From contig CM119264.1 of the NCBI GenBank assembly GCA_051294375.1, positions 22,655,826-22,719,825 on the forward strand: 64,000 bases of DNA, given 5' to 3'. How positions within the stretch are numbered: position 1 is the first letter of the stretch; every line of letters begins with the position of its first letter. A program made the translations under genes and the position numbers. Of the stretch, positions 48,701-64,000 are shown in pieces. The notes beneath the pieces were generated by a model. It ran no database searches and was not told where the DNA came from. It saw nothing but the letters and a program-made list of their open reading frames with translations. This DNA comes from Paraspadella gotoi. Its lineage: Eukaryota > Animalia > Chaetognatha.

Positions 48701-51700
48701 ATTAGTTCTCTAACAGCCGAGACGGCGGCCTGGGTGCCAGCGGTGCCAGCATTAACAGCAGTCGAAACCGTTGGAGCTGAAGGAACTGCCAAGGAAGCGT
48801 CGCGGGCGGCAGCCAACATAGCCGTGAACCGCTCTTCCATGCTTCGCTGAGACTGAGCGACAGCGGCGATTTCGCGAGCGGCGCTGGCCGTCACTTTAGC
48901 GGCCTCAGTCTGAGCATTTAGCACGGTGGTGTCGGACTCACGAGAGCGTCTCGCAGATTCCCCGTCGTGCTCGCGCTGTAGACGAAGCAGGTTGAACTTG
49001 GCTTCCGCCAAAGCTGCTTCAGCAAGCTGGAAACCGGATTAAAGTGGGAGCAAAAAGGTAAAATGTTCGGAAACCTTATTACAACGAGAAGTTATCAGTT
49101 GCCTACCTCTTTCTCTTTAGTAGATTTAGCTTGAAGCGCTTCCACTTGCCGCTGTTGCTGCAGTCGTTGCGCTTTTAAAACTTGCGCTAACGAGACAGTC
49201 TCTTGCTGAGCCAACGCTACAGCTCGGGTTCTCTCAAGGGCATTCAGCTGACGGATACCCTCGTCTGCCGTCTCTAAGTAGTTGAGCTGATGAGGAAAGG
49301 TTCGACAAAATAAGGACTTCAAGGTCTTACTCAAATGTCTCTGGAGAATTTACACTTACCTGATTCATCATTTGTCTCTCGAGGTTAGAAGGAGAAAAAT
49401 CCAACTCTTCCGAGGCGCTGGATAAAGGATCTACGCCGAGAGATGGGTCTTCTGTTGTAAAAGCGAAATCATATAATTAGATAAAATAAGAACGAAAAAA
49501 AGTTAGTAGTGTGGATAAGGCGCCAAGTGGGCTGAAGATGACTATCCGTAACTTCTATAACCCCCTCAAGCAGCCATGGGACGGGTCCTGGGCTTGGAAC
49601 CCAGCTTGAGGGTTTACCACGCCCCCAAGGCGGCTTACGGCCGTCCTCACGCTTCCCGCAGGGTAGGTAACGGGTTGGGATTGAACCCGGTACCTAGTGG
49701 TCATGAGCTGATGGCTTTACTCAATGAGCCACCGGGACACAACTGAAAGTGTCATGCTTATTGGCGGGGTGAACCTAGGCAATGCCCGACTACAGTAGAA
49801 GCAATTACCGTTGATGTCAGCAGTGGTTGAAACAGATGTCGAGAGAGAGACATCAGCGCCATTCATTGTTCGTGCTAAAGGGATTAATGAAAAAAAAAAT
49901 GATAGGCTACACAATAAACTAGTAAGGCGATCGATTAATGACATTAATAATGTGCACTTCATGAAAGCGCTTACAAGACTTCGGTGCGGTCTCTGACGCG
50001 GAGGAAAGAATGAGGTCCGAACTGCGCGGCGCTGAATCAGGACGCGGGAAAGAGGACGACGACCTTGCCGACGTTGAAGAGGACGTCGAGGAAGGCCTTG
50101 CAATTTGAGCAGGCTTTTGAGATCCGCACAAGGACAGCTCGCCACGAGCAGAAGCGGCTGATGGTGGTGAAAACAATTTCAGTACAAATCAGGTAAAAAA
50201 ATAATTAAAAAATCTAAACAGATTTTACCAGAGACGGGAGGTGGCATCATCGATGAGACTGTTTCCACTGTCGCCCGACCGACGCCGCCTTTGACGTATT
50301 TGGCGGCGACGGCGACGACTTGTGAATCGATTAAGTCGTCCTCGACCTTTTTCACCACCGCATCCGTCGTTAACGCCTCCGCCATTTTGTTGGTGTAAAC
50401 GGCGAGGATGGAATGAGGATCTTAAGGGAAATTGTTAATGATTTCTCCATATGCATATGATAGGATTTGTAGAGATATGTNNNNNNNNNNAGGATTCATA
50501 ATTAGGAGTCTAATTACTGTATTCTAAGTATACGAAAACCATCATCTCCTTATTTAAATTTTCCTAAGCAATAAACACTTACTTGGGTCGGCCACTCTCG
50601 CCCATAGAGGGTCAAATCCACGTGTCGCTTGGGGTCCGACATCGCTTGCGTTTACGAGAGGAGCAGAGGACACAGGGGCGGTCGACGTTAAGGCAGTCGG
50701 TGGTAGTCGTTTCGAATCGGGCCCGAAGCCCGGGTACGGATCGGGCCGCAGAACATCGTGAAGCTTAGGAGGTTAAGGCAGATCGAATTAGATTGTGAAG
50801 CAAGAATCGTGAAACCATTATTACTCAAACCTGAGCCGGATTGGCGGCTTGACAACCGTTGTTGGCCTCGGTCAACGTCGACTCGGACGAGGCGCTCTCC
50901 TCCTCCTGGACGATGGAAGCCTCGGGGAGAGGACCCCGTAGGTTTGAGAGATGAACGACGCCGCCGCACGCTTTCGTCGCCGATGCTTTTGGCTGAGTCT
51001 TATCAAAAGATATGAACAAAAAGAGAAATAAGTAACGTCTTTTAGCTAACTCTGACGAGAGACCTACCTCGTTGATGCTATTGTTGGATTGGGTGAGACT
51101 CCCGACGGCAGCCCCTCCCACGAATGAAGTGGAAAAGTTATCGAGACGCTTTTGGATCGATTGGGCCGTGACGGCCAACTGCCGCTTACGCTCATCCTTC
51201 CGGCGCGCTTGGGAAGTCGCCGCCGATGAGATACTTGCTTCTGTAAATATATTTGAAGACGAATTGATGACTGCCGTTTGATTCGTGAAAAATGTGAAAA
51301 ACTGGTTAAAATAGCGTTGAGGAAAACCATTGTAAGCACACCAAAAACTAAATGGTGGAAAATCAATACTTTAGGTAAACGACACATAAAAATCGAAAAG
51401 TGCAAATGAAGGCCAAAAAGTAGGGTCAAAACCAAAATAAATTGAAATGGAAAAATGGTCATATCACTTCTTGCTCTAACAGCCACAAAAATAAAAAAAA
51501 TTGGGTGAAAACAACAAAGGGAAAAAATGAAAGAGGCGTGCAGAAGCCGCAATCAATAATTTGCCAGACAGCTAAAACTACCGTAATAGAAAGTTAAACC
51601 AGCCGAGACGAAATTCTTAATCCTACCTAATACTTTATTTCTACGTCTAAACTCGATCCAGGGCTGAGAAAAAAAATCGCCATGTCGGGTTGGTAAATCA

Positions 51701-54700
51701 GAAGTCTTAAAGCTGGAAAGGTTTGATTCGAGATTAGGGCCCAAATTGAAGTCGAGATTAGAATCGTCGGAACAAAAAGATTTCGGAGAGGTGAGCGTTG
51801 TGGAGATCGGCGTGCCGATTGGCGCGACGGAGCAATCAGCGAATAACTTGGCGAGACGATCACGAGCGGATAAAACTCGTTCGTCAGACGTGGGCGGCGG
51901 ACGAGCTATTGGAGCGAACGAAGAGGCCAGATGTTCAAACGACGGAGTCGAACATAAATCTCCGAAAAGCGTGCGTTTTCGCCTGTGCTCGCACTCGTGG
52001 CGGAGAGTGTCGCGTGAATGATTCGTGAGGTTGACTAATCGATTTTTATTTGGCAAAACGAAGTGTAATCAAACAAGAGTGCGGGAAAAGAAAATGTGCG
52101 AAAGAGAAAGAGGGACAGTAAATTACGTAGTTGAATGCAATAAGTCTGACAGCTCTGATTGGCATATAAATAAATTTGGTTTTGCATCATTGATTAAATA
52201 AGAATTTTTCTAGTCGCGCGAATCAAAATTTATATATTCATACTTTGAGGCTGTTCCGGGGCGGTATAAGTAGCCGGGGCGGTCGAAGGTTCAGCATCGA
52301 ACTTCTGAGTCGCGATCTCCATCGATGGCGCCGTGGATCGAGCAGGTTGGGGAATCTTTTGATGCCTGGTCAGGCGAGAGGAGATCGGTGGAATCTCCGA
52401 CAAATTCCGTTTCTGGGTCAAAATTTTAAATGTTGCTATGCCTTAAGCCAAAATTGTACTAAAGAAGCAATGCATGTGAAAGGACTTTCAGTGTCCCTAC
52501 CGAATCTGGCAAATCAAAATCCAGGCCAACGTTTTTGTCGAAAAGATCCTCGTTGCTCTTGGCAGAATGTTTAGGCAAATCTTCTCGTTTGGATACACCT
52601 TGAGTCCTGTGCAGCTGGCGCTGCTGCTGCTCTTGAGTGTTCTGCAGGAGTTGTGACGATTGAGCGTTCTTCATCGATCCACCTCCAGCGATAATGACGC
52701 TCTCGCCTCCCCGAGGTAGTTTTAAAACTTCGTCCATGCTGAGAAAAGAGAAACTAACACTCGGTCCCAGCTCGATCCGAAATGGCCATGAACCCGTATT
52801 ATCGATTTACATGTAATCGTCCTTCTCGTAAGAACGCGGACGTCCGAAATGCCGGGCGTTGGTGACGCCCGTAGGCGATGTGGGACGGTTCTCTCTCAAA
52901 CCAACTTCGACGGGACGCGAACGGGACAAGGGCTGAGCGCGGTGTCCCCTCGCCGGAGAAGGCGGACGTACGCGAAAAGGGGACGTAGGAGGTCCGGCTG
53001 GAAACGTGGAAAAGAGCAACGGTAAAGTAATCAATTAAAAAAACAATCTCGCTATCGCAATACTCACTATTGGGCTTCCATTCTACTTTTCTCTTCGTCT
53101 CCAACTCTTGAAGCTTCATTCTCTTTCGTTCTTCCTTTTCTTTCTCAGCTTTTTCTTTTTCTTTATCCTGACGCCGTTTGTCCGCTTTTTTTTTGGCCAT
53201 CCATTCACTAATGTCGCAATGAATTAATATTTTCAAGATAAAATGTGAGGATACAGTCACGTTCTGTAATCAAAAACTGACCGTAACTCTTCCTGTTTAT
53301 GATTCTGAGTCGAGGACTTCGGCTTCGGACTTTCGCTTAATGGATTGGGGCCGCTCGATGCCGCCGCAAAGATTTTCCTAGGGGGAGCGCCGACTTGAAC
53401 CCTCGCGCGCCGAGCAGCGGTTCGAGACGGCGTCGTGGGTTCTGCATCGTCTGAACGAGCTGCGGAGCGAGTAAAAAGAAAAATATTGGATTATACGTAA
53501 TGATAAGATCTTACAAAATTAAACCATTTAACCATCAAACCTTTAGTGGTTTTCGCCACCCCTTCGATCTTGGCTGGAAGTTGCAAATCCCGCAAAACCT
53601 TTTGCGCTTCGATCGAGACGTGACGTAAGGATATCGGCGTCGCTTCGCCGCCCCCTGGGGGAGGCCTTTCCTTTGGCGGAGATTCTAATTCGACGGAGTT
53701 TTCTTTGACGTCTTCATTGTCTTCGATGGGAGTGATGGGGGAGATGTCTGGGACTGATAGAATTACATAAATTAAAAAACCTATTCTTAGTGTATATTTC
53801 TTTCTTTTTCGTTGTTTCGAGTTGTATCAGAGATTGGCAAAGTTTTTACTTTTTACAACGATTTTATTTTATAATAGAAACGGACATGTTTCGGCTTGTT
53901 GTTCAAGCCTTCTTCGGAGTTTAACAATTTTGAAATTATTTGAAATATTTGTGCTAAAGAATTCAAAATTGTAAACGCCGAAGAAGGCTTGAACAAGCCT
54001 GAAACATGTCCGTTTCTATTATGAAATAAAATCGTTGTAAAAAGTAAAAACTTTGCCAATCTCTAAAACCTATTCTATAAAAAAATTTCATCTATCCTTC
54101 ATGCTCCCTTACCCTTGTTCACTATTTCCGGGTCAGAGTCGCGAGTCGGAGGAGAGAACTGATTGCCTGGCGCAACTTTCCTCGGTGCCTCTGTGGACAG
54201 AGCTTCGTCGGAAAGAGATTTCTTGGAACGGACGGCGGAAGGTCCAAGTTCAGCCAAAGTGGCTTCCTGACCCTTGCGCCAAGAAAATGGCGTGATCACG
54301 TCGGTCATCTAAACAAACGACGTTATAAGTTACGACGTTTAAAAAGAAAAAAAATTATATCGCCCTCTAAACCTCATTTAAACCTACCTGAGATTTTCCC
54401 ACGTGCCTTTTCTGCGATTTCTTCGCTCGATCGTCCCGGTAATGGACATTTGTTGTTGGATGTGCGAAAGACGAGACGGGTGGGACATGGTTGACCGCAG
54501 AGAAAGGCGCTTTCTTGTCGCTTTTAGAAGCTTTGGGTGGGAGGGGCGGCGGGGCGGCAGGCACCGAGAAGCCGCGATACGAGGGTCCGTGGTGAGCGAC
54601 GGACGTAGTTTTCCGAGAACGAATGGCGCCCACTTCCAAGTTTCCCGACGACTCGGGCTTTGTCGTCGCATCGTTGTAGTGAGTCGCCCCTTGACCGGCA

Positions 54701-55706
54701 AACGTGACATGACCCCCGGCGTGACCCCCCACGCCAGCGCCGACTCGCCGTAGCGAATTGGAAGAGGGCATTTGGGGCGCATAGTTACGATGAAATTCCT
54801 CGTCGTTTGAAAGGCCGATGAAGGAGGTGGCGCCGAAATGAAGAACGTCGGCGCTGAGAGTTTCGGCAGCATTGCCGCCACTTCCGCCGCTGCTACCGCT
54901 GACGCTACTGCCACCAACGGCATCGCCGCAGCCGCCTTCCTTGGCAGCACGCTGCTGGCGGATTTTCTCTTTGAGTTTCTCAAGCCCCTCCGACTTTTGG
55001 TCGCCGGTGAGAGTCTTGAGAAGGCCGAGGCTGCGCTGCCGTGGCAATCCGTCGCCACCTCTCGTCAAAGAATCCTCACTGCCCGAATGATAAGCGGGAG
55101 TCCCGACGGCGAACTGTAAAGAAAAACGACAGCAAGTCGTTGAGCATTCACGCCATTTATGGTGTGTTCCCAAGTGGTCATTTTCCCCGCAAAGCTATTA
55201 CTATTTTGCTTACCCCTTTTTTGGACAAAAAGTCATCGCGTACATCGACATATTTGCTGTGGCCAGGGATACCATGACGTGTCGATGTCGCGGCCGAAGT
55301 CGGCACGCGTATTTCGTGATGATGAAAGGCCTCGCTAAGTGTGTCGACATCTTCGTTGAGGTAGTGCGCCCGATCGGAAGTCAGGGGCCGCCCATTCACG
55401 GTTCGACGAGGTTCGAAACTGGTGACATTTTGGAAAAGAAATTAGGACTCGGGTTCGAGATCGATTATCGGCAGAAAAACCCACGTGTCTTTCGCGACCG
55501 ATGGGGGATCCGAGTATCCACGAACGGATCGTCCATTTTTGAGTCCTTGAGAATCGTAGCGGGAATCCAACGCTGTTAATAGCAGGTGGTTTGAAGATTT
55601 GACGATTTTACGTTTGTATTTCAGTCGTTTACAATAAACGTGTGAAAACTCGAATCTCACCTGAGTCTTTGCGAGATATTCGCCCGTATGAATTATTTCT
55701 CTCCAT
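33749..55706 (-). CDS. CEP350: Centrosome-associated protein 350 orthologue, multi-exon (5' exons less certain)
   Basis: Conserved blocks in CEP350 order: LNYLETADEGIRQLNALERTRAVALAQQETVSLAQVLKAQ (49.1-49.3k), DRSFRALLPSESHRR (47.8k), EDSFS/KFTHEIVHKYM...IRLRENALKEKMQAQLEWIE (45.2-45.4k), RLRRQEAKLREQI (42.8k), FETLVSGVVDQMSEI and PQRPPPPYP (40.0-40.6k), and the C-terminal EELRSEESSWTNVEEEEVDVKMSLADELLEDLL. Putative ATG at 55706. Confidence 0.9.
34410..37746 (+). CDS. Divergent casein kinase 1 family kinase, ~11 exons, nested antisense inside the CEP350 intron 34275-37944
   Basis: Spliced translation gives IIGEGYFGSIYLG, EKVAVK, MVMELLGKDL, FSLKTTMMLG, LHCDLRPENFL, IYIVDFGLAK, GTVRYISINTH, SRRDELESLGYVLLYF, LPWQGL, LSFEEEPNY and YQFDW. 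The SIN motif and LPWQGL are CK1 hallmarks. TGA at 37744-37746 is followed by AATAAA. Confidence 0.92.
35608..36067 (-). CDS. Probable two-exon orphan gene (121 aa) nested inside the CK1-like gene intron 35081-36435
   Basis: ATG 36067, exon 36067-35939 (129 nt), GTGAGT donor, 94-nt intron, AG acceptor, exon 35844-35608 (237 nt) in phase 0: MMSASYGQVYGDFAFPKPPTTPRSKH...NPFFP/APRLDPSS...RRNWSDEFLRVF...LVTFLSD*. GC-rich island in an AT-rich intron, with a possible 48-nt 5'UTR intron just upstream. Confidence 0.55.
38507..38945 (+). mobile_element. Helentron/DINE-1-like element, copy 2 (CEP350 intron)
   Basis: Same AACAAGTTTGAGCAAACA..CGGATCTGCC.ACGATCATTAGC head and internal block as 30526; GGACAGAC/GACGGAC simple repeat at 38880-38925. 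Confidence 0.6.
46074..47760 (+). CDS. Small leucine-rich repeat protein, ~9 exons, nested antisense inside the CEP350 intron 45589-47782
   Basis: MPARKK with a GTAAGT donor, then phase-consistent exons giving IQHIDISHNPELEAI, LKKLTNLKFLEFKYSKRTEIPNWIQHLP, IETVLMGVNDIKILPSWL, MKVISLFMNQLEEI, VEELNIASNRTLRQLP and LKDLEAERCDLHKLPDNLF. The last two exons are less certain. Confidence 0.75.
49501..49738 (-). mobile_element. tRNA-derived SINE
   Basis: Minus strand reads GTCCCGGTGGCTCATTGAGTAAAGC (A-box-like)...CCGGGTTCAATCCC (B box), then a ~170-bp GC-rich non-tRNA body ending in a short ACTACTAACT tail. The tRNA acceptor stem is not properly closed. Confidence 0.7.
53878..53922 (-). ncRNA. Second minimal hammerhead motif, sense to the CEP350 pre-mRNA
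   Basis: Minus strand: AAACT-CCGAAGA-A-GGCTTG/AACAA/CAAGCC-GAAA-CATGTC-CGTTT, with one mismatch at the base of stem I. Confidence 0.55.
53973..54015 (+). ncRNA. Minimal type I hammerhead ribozyme motif (U4C variant)
   Basis: AAACG (stem I) - CCGAAGA (core, CUGAnGA with U4>C) - AGGCTTG/AA/CAAGCCT (stem II) - GAAA - C ATGTC (short palindromic stem III, GUC cleavage triplet ending 54010) - CGTTT (stem I partner). Confidence 0.65.
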
Positions 55707-57694
55707 TCAAGGGGGTAAAAATCTTTATTCTGAGACAGTCACAATGAAGATACACTTTGTAAAGATATCCTAAAATCTTGCAAAAAAAGAAAAACTAGAT
55801 AACAATTGAATACAGATCTTGTTTTTGTGGATTGATACGTCATAACCATACCATCGTAGGTTAGAAAGTTAAAATTGGTTGCAAAAGATGCATTTATTAG
55901 GTGAAAATTAAAAAAATCGCAAAAATCATCATGCAATCTTTGAGGAAATCCCACGCACGAAACTACGGGTCAAGTACCAATGAAAATATAATAAAAATCT
56001 GTAAACATCTTAAGATCAAACGGGTATTGACTTTACTACTCCATTCGTACTATTGCTTAAAATGACATACTTCATCATACAACGCGTACTATCAATTTTA
56101 TTCACAGCTAAAAACTAATTTATTGCCTATGAGTAATTGCCTTTCATATTCAATAGATGGTCGATGCAAGTCAAATAACATAGGAATCTTTTTTTCCGGT
56201 AAAATCTCAGCAGTAATTTTCGGCTAATTTTTTAGCCATTCACGAAGAGAAGTTAGTGCCTTGAATCCTTGGGACTGCGGTTAGTGAGCTGGAGCTATGT
56301 AAGTAAGTATTTGTATGAGATTTTTTAAAAGCACTTCATAGATTTGATTAACGACTCATTTTGACTTTTTTTTTAAACCGGATATCTCAAAAATTACAAA
56401 ATATTTGCTCTTGAATTACGTACATACGTATTTGCTTATAAGTTTCTTAAAAAAGGACAATTGGCTAGGATCTACCGGAGAGCAGTATTTGATTTTCAAC
56501 ATTGGGTGAAAAGAAAACCATAAAAAATCTCATTCAACTTATATCGATAGATTTTGAAGAGAGTCTAACTTAAAGCTAATAGTTTACGAATGACATAAAA
56601 GATGATGTGTAAACCGCATTGGTTTCATGTATGAAGCAAGTCAATAGTCATATATGGCAATATTACAACATAAGAAATGACTACAAAACGAGCGAGAGAA
56701 AAGAGAAGGAGAGGAAACAGTTGTTCTCTGTGACGACAGTCATTACTATTACCCCAGTGGACAGTGCGAGAGACAGTTACACTAAAATATGAAAGAATTT
56801 GGAAGGGTAAAATATGAAGCTGCTGGTCGATGGGAAAGGGAGCTAGGGGCCGGTGAATCAGGAGAAACAAGGGACGGGATAACTTAGGAGCAAAGGATGT
56901 GGAGCAAGGGATTCTTGTGCTAAAATAGATTATAAAGATACCGAATTCAGACTAGTTTGGGAAGGGGATAATAAAAAAAATCTTTCACCGAGTCCTTGGA
57001 TGAGCAAAATAATTTAAAATAAGGATAGACTTATCCCTTTGTAAGCTAATCAAAATACCAATTATTTGGTATTTAAAAATAAAATTAAAGAATATGGCCT
57101 TCAATCTTTTTTTTACATATTCACCAGTAAAATTGAAAGCACGTCAGATGCATGTCTTAAAAAAAAAATCAATAAATTTAAAGTGTTAATTTAAATTTTT
57201 TATTGAAGTAAAACGAGTAAAAAATATCAACGCCCCGAAAAAAAGTTAGCCATTTTTTCATGGAAAAAGGCAACATTTCTTGTGGACTACAAAAAAATAA
57301 CTCGTTCAGCGATAAATGAAAACAAATAGCCTACATTACGATAGAATAAATGATTATCTTTAGAAGAGTTCTATAAACTGGAACCCTACTAACAACTAAA
57401 TAATATATTAACAAAGTAAGTAGTTTATAACAAAGTTCTGAGTGACCTAAAGTGCAAATTCTACAGACCATCTGTAGCATCAAGAACTAGTTTTGTATAG
57501 TGATTAATTTTAAAGAGACATATCAGATTATGATAACAGAAGAATGAAGCTAAATCAAGCAAAGTCTAACTCTGAAAATAAACAACAAATCACGTAATCA
57601 ATAATTTTCCTAATTAACGGATTGTTTTTGCAATGGTTCCTTCGTTTCTTTTCATTTATTAAAACGTTCACGCTTGAATAGTTAAGGTTTGCTT

Positions 57695-63990
<6,296 letters not shown>

Positions 63991-64000
63991 CTGCGTTTTA

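Larger units (their letters stand above)
53829..54064. mobile_element. Inverted pair of ~105-bp Penelope-like pLTR fragments in a CEP350 intron
   Basis: 53829-53934 is the near-perfect reverse complement of 53961-54064. Each arm carries a hammerhead-type core followed by AATAAA, the layout of Penelope pseudo-LTRs. Confidence 0.75.

Noticed and set aside
49670-49738. Functional tRNA gene
   Set aside because: A and B boxes are present, but acceptor and anticodon stems do not pair properly and a SINE-like body follows.

Overview
This is eukaryotic (invertebrate metazoan) genomic DNA with short spliceosomal introns, not a prokaryotic window; the single-exon ORF track mostly misleads, so gene models were rebuilt by hand from splice sites and codon phase. 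In order: (1) a Rac/Rho GTPase gene full of 1-bp indels (1282-2336) beside a 25-N gap and a ~1 kb near-duplicate, most likely unpolished long-read gap fill; (2) a Tc1/mariner-type MITE; (3) an LRRC74-like gene with a long His-rich N-terminal extension (5619-14455, +); (4) a gene-poor, microsatellite-dense stretch (14.5-26 kb) with two weak small-gene candidates; (5) a secreted galaxin-repeat protein (26302-28767, +); (6) a TSPAN13/31-type tetraspanin (-); (7) CEP350 (33749-55706, -); (8) most of FBXO11 (-). The CEP350 introns hold the most interesting material: an antisense divergent casein kinase 1 gene that itself carries a probable two-exon orphan gene in one intron (three-tier -/+/- nesting), a second antisense LRR gene, a tRNA-derived SINE, and an inverted pair of Penelope-type minimal hammerhead ribozyme motifs. 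Protein continuity forces at least three GC-AG introns. Gene names come from motif recall, not database searches, and exon boundaries in poorly conserved regions are approximate.
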